DNA of 64,000 bases from a virus. How positions within the stretch are numbered: position 1 is the first letter of the stretch; every line of letters starts with the position of its first letter. Positions 48,362 to 57,835 of this stretch are shown piece after piece. The notes under the pieces are model-generated. The model was not told the origin of the DNA. It did no database searches and saw only the letters and a list, made by a program, of their open reading frames with translations. The DNA lies in the IMG/VR virus record IMGVR_UViG_3300024255_000004. One strand, 5' to 3'. A program made the translations under genes and the position numbers.

Positions 48362-48942
48362 TGAGAATAGCAATAACAGGAAGTAGTGGTCTTGCAAAGA
48401 TAATTAAAGACACACTAGAAGCAACACCACATATAGGGAACACCTTTAGAGTAGACCCAATCAGATGTGAAGACATTACAATGAATGGAAGGAACTGTTG
48501 GGTATTCGGTGGTTATCAACCTGCTGATGTTCTAATCAATCTTGCACATGAAGACCAAGCAAAGATTCTATCCATTGCACATGAAGCGTGGGAAGGTGAG
48601 AAGACAAAATACATTATCAATATCTCCAGTCGTGCAAGTCAACCAAACATATCAAAAGGTTATATGTATGCAAGTGAGAAAGCACAACTCAATCACCTTG
48701 CAAACAATCTACAATACAATTCTAAGAAGAGATATAAAATGACCACAATCAATTTAGGTCTTCTCAACGATGAGAATCTACCTAGTGTCAAACACCAAGA
48801 CGTTGCTGGACTTATCTACAAACTGATTACGTCCTATCCCGACTATGAGATTGCAGACGTGACACTACAAGCACATGCAAACTACCAAAGTGTTCAGAGT
48901 GACAAAGAAACACTCAGAGACATGGATAGGTTTACTAAATAA
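48361..48942 (+). CDS. Short-chain dehydrogenase/reductase-like Rossmann protein
   Basis: AITGSSGLA, LINLA, INISS, YxxxK (YASEK). Confidence 0.75.
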   Translation: MRIAITGSSGLAKIIKDTLEATPHIGNTFRVDPIRCEDITMNGRNCWVFGGYQPADVLINLAHEDQAKILSIAHEAWEGEKTKYIINISSRASQPNISKGYMYASEKAQLNHLANNLQYNSKKRYKMTTINLGLLNDENLPSVKHQDVAGLIYKLITSYPDYEIADVTLQAHANYQSVQSDKETLRDMDRFTK

Positions 48943-48946
48943 TACT

Positions 48947-49195
48947 ATGAGTATAGAATACAACGACTTCGGTTTTACTGCAATGGACGCTGACGAACTT
49001 GCGTCAGTTGACACTAAGATAATAGAAAAGACCACAACTGCAACTGAAGTTATCAAAAACTTAGATAACTTTATTAGACCACTCCTTGAGAATCTTGCAA
49101 AGGATTCAGATAAGGAATACATCTACTGGCCTAATAGGATTGAGATTATCAACAAGAAGATTGCAGAGTTAGATGAAATACAAAAAACCCTCTAG
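48947..49195 (+). CDS. Conserved small phage protein
   Basis: DFGFTAMDADEL..PLLENLAK..YIYWPNR; ACTAAATA upstream. Confidence 0.7.
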   Translation: MSIEYNDFGFTAMDADELASVDTKIIEKTTTATEVIKNLDNFIRPLLENLAKDSDKEYIYWPNRIEIINKKIAELDEIQKTL

Positions 49196-49319
49196 ACATA
49201 TCTTAGAGGTTAGTATACAATGTATACTATAGGTTAGAAAAAAAATCTAATCAAATTAATCAATTTGATTTTCCCTTTCAATTGCAAAGGAATCTTCGAA
49301 TTATAAAACAGGAGGCATT

Positions 49320-50633
49320 ATGCCAACAAAAAATACAGAGCCGCCGTCAGAGCTCTTTCTATCTGACAAAACCCCCAAAGAAAAAATTCAAGCATGTATA
49401 GATGCAGATATGTTCTCATATGAGAGATATCCATCTGCAAAATTGAACGAAGACTTTGGTATCTTAAACGTCCCAACAAAAAATATCTTTTTTGATATTC
49501 ACCCACAAACTGGAGAAATTATTCAAAAGTATAGAGCTGGGTTGCCTTTGTTCAATGACTACCTTGAAAATAAATTACCAAAACTATTTGAAAATGGTTT
49601 TGACTTTACTAAACCAATCGGTTATCTAAAAGTCACTCATAAAGTGTTAGATAAAGATGGTAATTTAGATGTAGAGAAATCTAAATTTGAACCTATATCT
49701 GCAACACATAGAAGTAAGTATTATCAAGACATTGATTTATCTTACATGGCATTTAAAGTAGTTGATGCAGACTACAGAGCATGTGGTATCATAGGACTGA
49801 AATCTAATATAGATGCACCTAAAGCAATACTTGGTAAACCAGTTGATGTAGTCAACTACGTTATGACAGGAAAAGAGAAAGGTGAATATGACATACCAAA
49901 ATCAAAAGAAGAAGAAGTAGTGAAACAAATTATTGAAGAAATAATGGGTCAGTGTGCAACTTCGACTAAAAAAATGGTAGTCAAATTGATATTAGAAAGT
50001 CTAGGAGTTCAATCAAGAATTAGAAGTTTAACTGCTGGAACAATTAAGTCCTTGCATAAAGAATACAAAAACCCTTGGTCAAAGTATGGACTTAGTATGA
50101 AATATAGTAATCATACTAAATCTTTCGGAACTACCTTCACCAAAGGTTATGCAGATAATAGTTTCTATGATGCAATCAAAAGATACATTGAAACCTATGA
50201 TGATTTTGGTGGAATAGGAACTACTGCAAATGTCTATGTTGTCGATTCTGCAATGAACGTGGAAAACCCATGGTTATCACGTGCAAGAATTGTTGACGAA
50301 TATAATGAAACAAAAGATTTCTTTAACAAACTCTTGGACTTTGCAAGAGATAATCCTAATTTGAAAATCGAAGAAGTTTTTAAATTAGGAGTTGCATATC
50401 CTCAAATAAATGCTCATGAAGATTTTGACGCTGAATTACCTAATAAGGAAATTTCTCTTAATCATAAAGAACTGAAAAAGGCTCTAAAGAAGGTTGTGAA
50501 GGAAAGACAAAAACTAACTCAAAAGAGAGTTAGTGGTATTGCAAAGGGTTTATCAAAGTGTGGTGTTCAACAACAGCAACAAGTTAATCAAACACTTAGT
50601 GAAGTTCTTTCAATTAATTTGGAAAAATTTTAA
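49320..50633 (+). CDS. Hypothetical protein in a stand-alone cassette
   Basis: 437-aa ORF, AGGAGG RBS, own promoter (TAGACA-N17-TACAAT near 49193) and downstream hairpin. Confidence 0.7.
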   Translation: MPTKNTEPPSELFLSDKTPKEKIQACIDADMFSYERYPSAKLNEDFGILNVPTKNIFFDIHPQTGEIIQKYRAGLPLFNDYLENKLPKLFENGFDFTKPIGYLKVTHKVLDKDGNLDVEKSKFEPISATHRSKYYQDIDLSYMAFKVVDADYRACGIIGLKSNIDAPKAILGKPVDVVNYVMTGKEKGEYDIPKSKEEEVVKQIIEEIMGQCATSTKKMVVKLILESLGVQSRIRSLTAGTIKSLHKEYKNPWSKYGLSMKYSNHTKSFGTTFTKGYADNSFYDAIKRYIETYDDFGGIGTTANVYVVDSAMNVENPWLSRARIVDEYNETKDFFNKLLDFARDNPNLKIEEVFKLGVAYPQINAHEDFDAELPNKEISLNHKELKKALKKVVKERQKLTQKRVSGIAKGLSKCGVQQQQQVNQTLSEVLSINLEKF

Positions 50634-50644
50634 AAATAATCCAT

Positions 50645-50688
50645 AAAAGAAAAAGGGGTTGACTATGACCCCTTCTTTTTAGTATACT
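50645..50688 (+). terminator. Intrinsic terminator-like hairpin overlapping a class I promoter
   Basis: AAGGGGTT-GACTAT-GACCCCTT followed by T-tract; the same bases give TTGACT-N18-TATACT. Confidence 0.6.
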
Positions 50689-50717
50689 AGTAGTATAGAA
50701 AATCAAGGAGAAACACT

Positions 50718-50915
50718 ATGAATATAGAACATGCAAAACTAATTGCAAAACAAACAATGGGTAAATACACTGCAGAAGATGTAATTAACCTTGCAACGTA
50801 TGGAACAACTAACCCCATGGACTTTGCACCCGAACCAATCGAAGAAGGTAATATGTGTATGTGTGGTGAAATGAATTGTCCCGATGCATATGCACACATG
50901 ACGAGTGGGTGTTAA
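50718..50915 (+). CDS. Small early-type protein with Cys/His cluster
   Basis: CMCGEMNCPDAYAH. Confidence 0.65.
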   Translation: MNIEHAKLIAKQTMGKYTAEDVINLATYGTTNPMDFAPEPIEEGNMCMCGEMNCPDAYAHMTSGC

Positions 50916-50916
50916 T

Positions 50917-51180
50917 ATGTCAATCTATACTAGACACGAAGACAAGATTGTGCGTATGGGTAGAAATCTCATAACACTTGCAGAGAAGAATGAACTATTC
51001 CCTAAGAATGATGAGTTATGGAATGCAGCTGTGACTGCTGGAAATAAACTGGTCACTATTGGAACTACATGGACTAGTTTCAAATCCTTCTCAGATTTAA
51101 ATGATATGGAAACAGAAGCAGTTTACACTTACTTAGATGAGTATGGTATAGACCACCCTTCTATTCCTATCGAATTTTAG
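50917..51180 (+). CDS. Hypothetical protein
   Basis: ORF in early-gene string. Confidence 0.6.
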   Translation: MSIYTRHEDKIVRMGRNLITLAEKNELFPKNDELWNAAVTAGNKLVTIGTTWTSFKSFSDLNDMETEAVYTYLDEYGIDHPSIPIEF

Positions 51181-51188
51181 GAGATAAT

Positions 51189-51299
51189 ATGGAAATTGGA
51201 TTTTTAGGTGGAACCTTACTATGTATCATTATGTTTAGTATGGTATTTGTAGGATTACACATCAACAAACCCTTCCCATGGGAGAAAAAAGATAAGTAA
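51189..51299 (+). CDS. Small membrane peptide (36 aa)
   Basis: AGGAG RBS; MEIGFLGGTLLCIIMFSMVFVGL... Confidence 0.55.
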   Translation: MEIGFLGGTLLCIIMFSMVFVGLHINKPFPWEKKDK

Positions 51300-51304
51300 A
51301 AAAC

Positions 51305-51334
51305 TTGACAATGGGTGTCACTTTTTGGTATACT
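51305..51334 (+). promoter_or_regulatory. Class I promoter
   Basis: TTGACA-N18-TATACT. Confidence 0.8.
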
Positions 51335-51364
51335 ATGTATATAATGAAAAAACAAGGAGATAAT

Positions 51365-51733
51365 ATGAAACTTTCAGAATTAGTAAACGAGGTTAATACC
51401 GAACAAGAGTTAACACAACTATGTGACAAACTTGTTGCAGACCTGTTAAAGGAACACTTAAATCAATATCCAACACTAACAGAGTATTCTTATGAATACA
51501 AAGTGTCTAGGAAATATATCAAAGTCATTATGAACAGTGGAAACCAACGTTCAGTTTGGGGATTCATTAACAAATCAGAGTGGACTAAATCAAGTGGAAT
51601 CACATTCAAATGTGGTGACGTATTAATGTCTGCTGGTTGGAATACACCAGCGTTGAATGCACCAAGGGGAAACCTTTTCGATGGATACCAAATTAGTGGT
51701 ATGAGAAAATACGGCCCCGATTATTTAAGATAG
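51365..51733 (+). CDS. Conserved hypothetical early protein
   Basis: RKYIKVI..SVWGFI..GDVLMSAGWNTPALNAPRGN..GPDYL. Confidence 0.75.
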   Translation: MKLSELVNEVNTEQELTQLCDKLVADLLKEHLNQYPTLTEYSYEYKVSRKYIKVIMNSGNQRSVWGFINKSEWTKSSGITFKCGDVLMSAGWNTPALNAPRGNLFDGYQISGMRKYGPDYLR

Positions 51734-51741
51734 GAGAAATT

Positions 51742-52131
51742 ATGATAATTAAAGATTACGAAGTTTGTTCTCCCGATATGACATCGGGTGGAACTTCCCT
51801 AAAGGGATATAAATTTACAACCTACGACAGGTTGGTTGCAGTGTTGGGGCCTCCAACGTTCACTAGTGCAGACCCATATGACAAAGTGTCATGTGAGTGG
51901 GTCATTGATGCAAAGTGGTATGATGCAAACAATGTTGACGAGATTGATTATGACGACTGGGAATATGAAACAGTCACTATCTATGCATGGAAGTATGGGT
52001 ATGTTCCTCTCGAAGAATGTCAATGGAATATCGGTGGAACTTCTTACAATGCAACAGAGGTTGTTGATATGATTGTTGACAACTTTAATCGTAATGGTGA
52101 GAACTGGAACGGACAAAGGGAAGTTGCATAA
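51742..52131 (+). CDS. Hypothetical protein
   Basis: GTSLKG..TYDRLVAVLG..DKV..EW..TIYAWK..WNIGG. Confidence 0.7.
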   Translation: MIIKDYEVCSPDMTSGGTSLKGYKFTTYDRLVAVLGPPTFTSADPYDKVSCEWVIDAKWYDANNVDEIDYDDWEYETVTIYAWKYGYVPLEECQWNIGGTSYNATEVVDMIVDNFNRNGENWNGQREVA

Positions 52132-52225
52132 TGTATAATCAAAACGATATGATGAATTCCTTTATGATGGGAATGTTATTTGGATTTCTCTTATCATTAA
52201 TTTTATTTCAACTATAGGAGTTATT

Positions 52226-52741
52226 ATGAAGACTGAATTAAAAATGAGATATTACTATTTACTATTTGGTGCATTACTAGGTTTCCTAACTGGTGCATTA
52301 TCAATGAAGATAGAAGCCTCAGATGCTAACAACGAGATTTTTTGTCTTGCACAAAACATTTATTTTGAAGCAGGTAATCAACCACTCGCAGGTAAAATTG
52401 CAGTGACACAAGTAGTGTTGAATAGGACTGAACACCCTAACTACCCAGCAACTGCTTGTGGTGTTATCTATCAAACAAAGTGGAGAACAAACTGGAAAGG
52501 TAAAGAAGTTCCTGCAAGGAATCAATGTCAGTTCAGTTGGTTTTGTGATGGTAAGTCAGACGACCCAGTGGATAGTCCAACGTGGTTATCCTCACTCAAC
52601 ATTGCAAGGAACGTAGTGCAAGGTGAATACGGAGATATCACTGAAGGTGCAACACACTACCATAGTATATACGTTAATCCATATTGGTCAGACTCATTGA
52701 ATGAGACTGTAGTTATCAACGAACACATCTTTTACAAATGA
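52226..52741 (+). CDS. Cell wall hydrolase (SleB/Hydrolase_2 family)
   Basis: N-terminal TM; CLAQNIYFEA, VVLNR, CQFSW, GATHYH, HIFY. Confidence 0.9.
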   Translation: MKTELKMRYYYLLFGALLGFLTGALSMKIEASDANNEIFCLAQNIYFEAGNQPLAGKIAVTQVVLNRTEHPNYPATACGVIYQTKWRTNWKGKEVPARNQCQFSWFCDGKSDDPVDSPTWLSSLNIARNVVQGEYGDITEGATHYHSIYVNPYWSDSLNETVVINEHIFYK

Positions 52742-52891
52742 AAAAACAAAAGGTATCAACACTAACACATACAACTAGAGAAGTTGCAATAGACTTTTTA
52801 AGGTGGAGAGAAGAACAAAAAAACAAATCAATGATAGGACACAATGGTTGTCCATTTGATGATGACGACAACATAAAGATAGGAGAAAATT

Positions 52892-53230
52892 ATGTATGAT
52901 AAAAAAGAAAATGCACAACTCTCAAGACGAGAGAGAGTATTGTTAAATCCTTTAGAGGCAAGTCAGAATAGTGACAGTCCTTTTAGGAAGTCTTTAAAAG
53001 AGACTAACTATGTTCATGGTGGAGTGCAACATGTCTACAAATTTCCAAATGGTTATGGTGCTTCGATAGTTAAACATGACGGAAGTTATGGTGGTAAAAG
53101 TGGTTTGTGGGAATTAGCGGTTCTCGAAGGAGAAGAGTTGTGTTATACTAGTGGTATAACTGAAGATGTTATCGGACACTTGACATGGAAGAATGTCGAA
53201 GAGTTCTTATTGGAGATTAAACAACTATGA
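52892..53230 (+). CDS. Hypothetical protein
   Basis: FPNGYGASIV..SYGG..GLWELAVL..DVIGHL. Confidence 0.7.
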   Translation: MYDKKENAQLSRRERVLLNPLEASQNSDSPFRKSLKETNYVHGGVQHVYKFPNGYGASIVKHDGSYGGKSGLWELAVLEGEELCYTSGITEDVIGHLTWKNVEEFLLEIKQL

Positions 53231-53766
53231 ATTTATTTTACTTACACAAAGACCCAGTGCAATCTGCAGAGATGCATTGTGACAAACATGTCGTTAAGAT
53301 GATTATCGAGTATGCACAAATGTTATCCACTGCACATAGAATGTTAGACGGAGAACAATATACAGATTCTTCTAGTGGACGTAGAATCCAAAGATGGGAA
53401 CTAGAAAATTCTAACATGGACGAAGTTCTATACAAAGCTTCACATATCAATCACCCTTCTACACGTTGGGTCAGAGAAAATGCAATTCAATATCAGTATG
53501 CATACGATATGTTTACTGCACTATGTGATGAATACACTTATCGTTATGGTAAGACACACTTAACTGATACTAAGCTTAGGGGTCTACTCAATAGATTACC
53601 ACATAATATACCACTTGGGAATTGGTCAGAACCACCTCAATGTATGCCTGAAGATGTTAAGTCAGAATCAACACTTGATGCATACCATAAATACTATGCA
53701 ATCTACAAGAAAGAATTTGCAAGGTGGACAGACAGACCAGTCCCACAATTTATGAGTATAGTATGA
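53227..53766 (+). CDS. Pyrimidine-dimer DNA glycosylase (DenV)-like protein
   Basis: MNLFYL..HCDKHVVKMIIEYAQMLSTAH..HINHPS..W. Confidence 0.75.
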   Translation: MNLFYLHKDPVQSAEMHCDKHVVKMIIEYAQMLSTAHRMLDGEQYTDSSSGRRIQRWELENSNMDEVLYKASHINHPSTRWVRENAIQYQYAYDMFTALCDEYTYRYGKTHLTDTKLRGLLNRLPHNIPLGNWSEPPQCMPEDVKSESTLDAYHKYYAIYKKEFARWTDRPVPQFMSIV

Positions 53767-53942
53767 GAGTGTTAGTTGAGAGTTATGGTGATATTAAAAT
53801 CTTTTCAGATAGACCATTCGGTTATAAAAGATATCACGTTCAATGGGAAGACGGAACTGAATCAATGTTCAGTGGTCTTTGGTATTCCAAATCACAAGTT
53901 ATTGAGACTGTAGAAAAACATATACAGTCAAGAGAAATATAA
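53763..53942 (+). CDS. Small hypothetical protein
   Basis: MRVLVESYGD...; coupled ORF. Confidence 0.55.
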   Translation: MRVLVESYGDIKIFSDRPFGYKRYHVQWEDGTESMFSGLWYSKSQVIETVEKHIQSREI

Positions 53943-54253
53943 TGCCTACTTACACATTTCAAAATTTAGAAACAGATTGTATCGAAGAAAGAATTATGTC
54001 ATACACTAAGTTAGACCAATTCAAAGAAGACAATCCACACCTTAAACAAGTTATCCTCACTGCACCCGATACAGTTGGTGGACATGGAGACAGAGTTAAA
54101 ACTGATGGTGGGTTTCAAGAAGTAATGTCTAAGATTGCCTCTAACAATATTGATACTCCACTGGGAGAAAGGTATCATAGAAAGTCTGCAAAAGAAGTTC
54201 AGACTAGAGATACTATTAAAAAACATATTGACATACAGTCAAGAAAGAAGTAA
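53942..54253 (+). CDS. FmdB-like small regulatory protein
   Basis: MPTYTF..NPHLKQ. Confidence 0.65.
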   Translation: MPTYTFQNLETDCIEERIMSYTKLDQFKEDNPHLKQVILTAPDTVGGHGDRVKTDGGFQEVMSKIASNNIDTPLGERYHRKSAKEVQTRDTIKKHIDIQSRKK

Positions 54254-54262
54254 AATAGATAC

Positions 54263-54946
54263 ATGACACAATTAAAAACAACCTTAGTAGATTTAGCAGA
54301 CTTAGAGTTATTAGATTTAAAAACAACAAACAAAGATGGTAAGAGATACTACACTGATACAGACGAAAGTTTCTACTACCCAAGTGTCACGAGTGTCACT
54401 GGTCTACTATCACGTGACCATATTAAGTTATGGAGAAAACGTGTAGGTGAAGAGACTGCAAACAAGATTACTGCACAAGCAACTAAACGTGGAACCAACT
54501 TCCATTCATTAGTAGAAGATTATTTAAGAAGAGAAAAAGAATTTATAGAGTTTGACAACGTTCTACAGGAAGGAATGTTTAAAGCTATGCAACCAGTATT
54601 AGACGAGGTCATACCGATTGCACTTGAAGCACCACTCTATTCAAACGTATTACAAATGGCTGGACGTGTAGATTGTGTTGGAATATTCAACGACCAGTTA
54701 AGTATCATAGACTTCAAAACCAGTGCAAAATTCAAAGAGGATTACATGGCAGAAAGTTGGTTTATCCAAATGACTGCATATGCAATAATGGTTGAAGAAC
54801 TAACAGGTCAAGCAATCGAAGAGATTACTGCACTAGTAGCTATAGAAGGACATAACTCCTTTCAGATATTTTCTGCAGACCCACTTGACTATGTTGATAA
54901 ACTAAACGACTTACGAGTCAGATATAAAAACATATACGGAGTATAA
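54263..54946 (+). CDS. PD-(D/E)xK exonuclease (Cas4/RecB-like)
   Basis: YPSVTSV, RGTNFH, AGRVDC, IIDFKTS, QMTAYA. Confidence 0.88.
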   Translation: MTQLKTTLVDLADLELLDLKTTNKDGKRYYTDTDESFYYPSVTSVTGLLSRDHIKLWRKRVGEETANKITAQATKRGTNFHSLVEDYLRREKEFIEFDNVLQEGMFKAMQPVLDEVIPIALEAPLYSNVLQMAGRVDCVGIFNDQLSIIDFKTSAKFKEDYMAESWFIQMTAYAIMVEELTGQAIEEITALVAIEGHNSFQIFSADPLDYVDKLNDLRVRYKNIYGV

Positions 54947-54948
54947 GA

Positions 54949-55221
54949 ATGGGAATTAGATTTATAGAAAACGAATGGCATCAAACTAAGATTGCTAATC
55001 AAAAGGAAGTTGACGCAGAAATGTTAACAGAGATTGGAGTCACAGAAGAAGAGTTCATGTGTTTCCTTGAAGATGAGATTGAAGAACTTTCAGACGATAA
55101 ACAAAATGCAATCAATGAACTTATAATGGATTTAGATACACTTGACTCATACGAAGATATGTGGACTATGAGAAAAGGTGGTTATGATACTACTTACGAA
55201 CTCGGAGAACTTGAAGGATAA
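54949..55221 (+). CDS. Hypothetical acidic protein
   Basis: 90-aa ORF. Confidence 0.6.
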   Translation: MGIRFIENEWHQTKIANQKEVDAEMLTEIGVTEEEFMCFLEDEIEELSDDKQNAINELIMDLDTLDSYEDMWTMRKGGYDTTYELGELEG

Positions 55222-55676
55222 TGAACATTGAAGTAGGAAAAGAATATCATATCTACCCGAAGTTTAAAAAGTCTTACACTGAACGTGAAGTGTTTAAGAA
55301 CAATGACAACGAAGATAGAGTAGTCATAGAAGCACTATGGAGAAGTGGTGCATATATCGTTAAGATTACTAACGAGGAAGAGAAGGAAATGTTAGAAGCA
55401 TATCTTTCAGAAGATGCAACTGGTGATATGGAACCTTGTGAGTTCGAAGAGAATGAATTTTTAGAATCATTTGACGAGTGTGGACGTGACTATTATATCC
55501 ACCTTGCAGAAGGTAGTGAAGCAGACGAAGACGAAATGGAAGAACTACTTGAAGAAGAAGGACATGACTGGTTATTTGAAAACAACTATGACTCATGGGA
55601 TTGTGAACACTTCTTTGGACTGCCTTTAATTGCAGACGAAGTAGACCCCGACAACAGATACAATACAAGGTTTTAA
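55221..55676 (+). CDS. Hypothetical acidic protein
   Basis: 151-aa ORF, TAATG coupling. Confidence 0.65.
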   Translation: MNIEVGKEYHIYPKFKKSYTEREVFKNNDNEDRVVIEALWRSGAYIVKITNEEEKEMLEAYLSEDATGDMEPCEFEENEFLESFDECGRDYYIHLAEGSEADEDEMEELLEEEGHDWLFENNYDSWDCEHFFGLPLIADEVDPDNRYNTRF

Positions 55677-55677
55677 T

Positions 55678-55917
55678 ATGATTACCCGTAAAGAATTTTC
55701 AGAACAAGTAGAACGTTTAATAGTCAGAGGAAGGGGTGCAGATATCATGTCTGCAATTGTAAAAGTTTGTGAACTAAACAATGTAGAACCCGAGTCTGCA
55801 AAGAGGTTATTGTCTCAACCTCTTAAAGAGAAACTAGAAGCAGAAGCAGCTGGTCTCAATTTAATTAATAGAGGTAAGAATCCTAAAGGAACAATATCCA
55901 GTTTCTTTTCAGACTAA
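55678..55917 (+). CDS. 33: Late transcription co-activator gp33
   Basis: FSEQVE..AIV..CE..LKEKLEAEA..LNL; C-terminal clamp-binding ISSFF; position before 59-32. Confidence 0.85.
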   Translation: MITRKEFSEQVERLIVRGRGADIMSAIVKVCELNNVEPESAKRLLSQPLKEKLEAEAAGLNLINRGKNPKGTISSFFSD

Positions 55918-55928
55918 TAGGAGTTATT

Positions 55929-56216
55929 ATGAAAAAAGGTGATATAGTAGCAGTAGTTGCTACAAGTGGTGAGTATGTTGGTGAGTTGGTTTCTAGTAAA
56001 CCAGTGACACTTGCAAACCCCAAAATGATTGTCAACACACCCGAAGGAGGAATGGGTTTCTCTAAAGGTGTTGCAGTGACAGGTGAAGTAAATCCAACTG
56101 AAATGATTTTCGGTTCATACGTCTTTATTGCTAAGTGTAATAAAGAAGTGTCGGAAGCACACTTGACTGCAGTAAGTGGTATCGAAATTCCAAAGGAAAA
56201 GAAGATAATAACTTAA
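55929..56216 (+). CDS. Small beta-barrel (Sm-like) hypothetical protein
   Basis: GDIVAV..SGEYVGEL..AVSGIEIP. Confidence 0.6.
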   Translation: MKKGDIVAVVATSGEYVGELVSSKPVTLANPKMIVNTPEGGMGFSKGVAVTGEVNPTEMIFGSYVFIAKCNKEVSEAHLTAVSGIEIPKEKKIIT

Positions 56217-56806
56217 TGACAAGTCGTGAAGGATATGATGCATACACTCTTTATCTTGGAATAAAATTACATTTCCATTCTAAAGATTATGACTTTATCA
56301 AATATAATGGTAAAGTCAAAAGTGATATAAACTCATTTCTTAAACGGAAGGACAAATACCATTTTGGTAAATTGTTCAAAACCCACAAACAAGAATTGCA
56401 AGACTTTTACATTGCAAACTTGTCTCTGAAAGACTTATGGGCGGGAGACCTACTTGATAACGAGTGTGTCAAAGTCTATAAGGACTGGAAGAACAGAAAT
56501 CAGAAACTAACGTATCTTTTTGAAACGGAAGTTGCTGATTTACTTCGTAAGAGGAATATCAATAAAGTGTTAGAAGTGAAAAACGGACAACACCCTATAC
56601 TCTTAAAAGAGTTCTTAGGTAAAAAGATATCCCTCGAGACGATGTGTATTTTAGATGAAATCATTGGTTATACTAATGATTGGGAACGATTGATTTCAGA
56701 AAACTTAGTCTATCCCGATATACAGAATAAGATAAACAAATACAAGTCCTTTGTATCTGTAGACATTAAGAAGTATAAAGGGGTATTGATTGAGTTGTGC
56801 CAGTAG
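56216..56806 (+). CDS. 59: Helicase loader gp59
   Basis: YLGIKLHF..YDFIKYNGK..FLKRKD..ISLET; upstream of gp32. Confidence 0.9.
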   Translation: MTSREGYDAYTLYLGIKLHFHSKDYDFIKYNGKVKSDINSFLKRKDKYHFGKLFKTHKQELQDFYIANLSLKDLWAGDLLDNECVKVYKDWKNRNQKLTYLFETEVADLLRKRNINKVLEVKNGQHPILLKEFLGKKISLETMCILDEIIGYTNDWERLISENLVYPDIQNKINKYKSFVSVDIKKYKGVLIELCQ

Positions 56807-56840
56807 ATTCTAAGAAACACTAAATACGAATGTCGATTAG

Positions 56841-56877
56841 AAACCCTCTTGTATTTTTATACGAAAGGGTGTATAAT
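56841..56877 (+). promoter_or_regulatory. Class II sigma70-like promoter upstream of gp32
   Basis: AAACCCTC-TTGTAT-N17-TATAAT. Confidence 0.55.
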
Positions 56878-56923
56878 AGACATATACAATGCTAATAAAA
56901 TGATAATACAATAGGAGAATACA

Positions 56924-57823
56924 ATGTCAACATCATTAGATAAACTAAGAGCAGCCATGGAAACGGCTTCACCTACAGAAGGTGCTAAAAAATCCTACTC
57001 AGACGACACTATGTGGAAACCCGAACTAGATAAAACTGGTAATGGTTATGCAGTGGTTCGTTTTTTACCTACTCCCGAAGGAGAAGAGATGCCTTGGGTA
57101 TCATACTTCGACCACGGGTTCCAAGGGCCAGGTGGCTGGTATATTGAGAAGTCTTTAACGACTCTTAATAAACAAGACCCTGTCTCTGAATACAATTCAA
57201 CGTTGTGGAATACAGGTATCGAAGCAAATAAAGAGATTGCACGTAAACAAAAAAGACGTTTACATTATGTGTCAAATGTCTATGTTGTTTCAGACCCTAA
57301 AAATCCCGACAATGAAGGTAAAGTCTTCAAATACAGATTTGGTAAAAAAATCTTTGAACAACTCAAAGAAGCTATCTCACCTGCGTTTGATGACGAAGCT
57401 CCAATCAATCCTTTTGATTTGAGAGGAGAAGGTGCAAACTTTAAAATCAAAATCAGAAAAGTAGACGGATACTGGAACTATGATAAATCAGAGTTCGAAA
57501 GTCCTTCACCACTTTTTGATGATGAAAATAGGTTGAATGAGATAAATAATTCAACATATTCTTTATCAGATGTAATTGCACCAAGTGAGTTCAAGTCTTA
57601 TGACGAACTAAAAGAGAAACTCGATAGAGTTCTCGGACTCACTGGAAGTGTATCTACTGCTACTGCAGAATCAGTTGCTGAAGACCTAGACGAAGTGCCT
57701 TGGTCAAATGTAAACACTGAGACTGTTGCAGAGGAACCTGTAATCGCATCAGCAGAATCTACTCCACAAGTTGAAGAAGATGACGCGATGGATTACTTTA
57801 AGAAACTAGCTTCTGATAGTTAG
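56924..57823 (+). CDS. 32: Single-stranded DNA-binding protein gp32
   Basis: DKTGNGYAVVRFLP, HGFQGPGGWYIE, FGKKIF, NYDKSEF, acidic tail. Confidence 0.96.
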   Translation: MSTSLDKLRAAMETASPTEGAKKSYSDDTMWKPELDKTGNGYAVVRFLPTPEGEEMPWVSYFDHGFQGPGGWYIEKSLTTLNKQDPVSEYNSTLWNTGIEANKEIARKQKRRLHYVSNVYVVSDPKNPDNEGKVFKYRFGKKIFEQLKEAISPAFDDEAPINPFDLRGEGANFKIKIRKVDGYWNYDKSEFESPSPLFDDENRLNEINNSTYSLSDVIAPSEFKSYDELKEKLDRVLGLTGSVSTATAESVAEDLDEVPWSNVNTETVAEEPVIASAESTPQVEEDDAMDYFKKLASDS

Positions 57824-57835
57824 TTTCTACATGGG

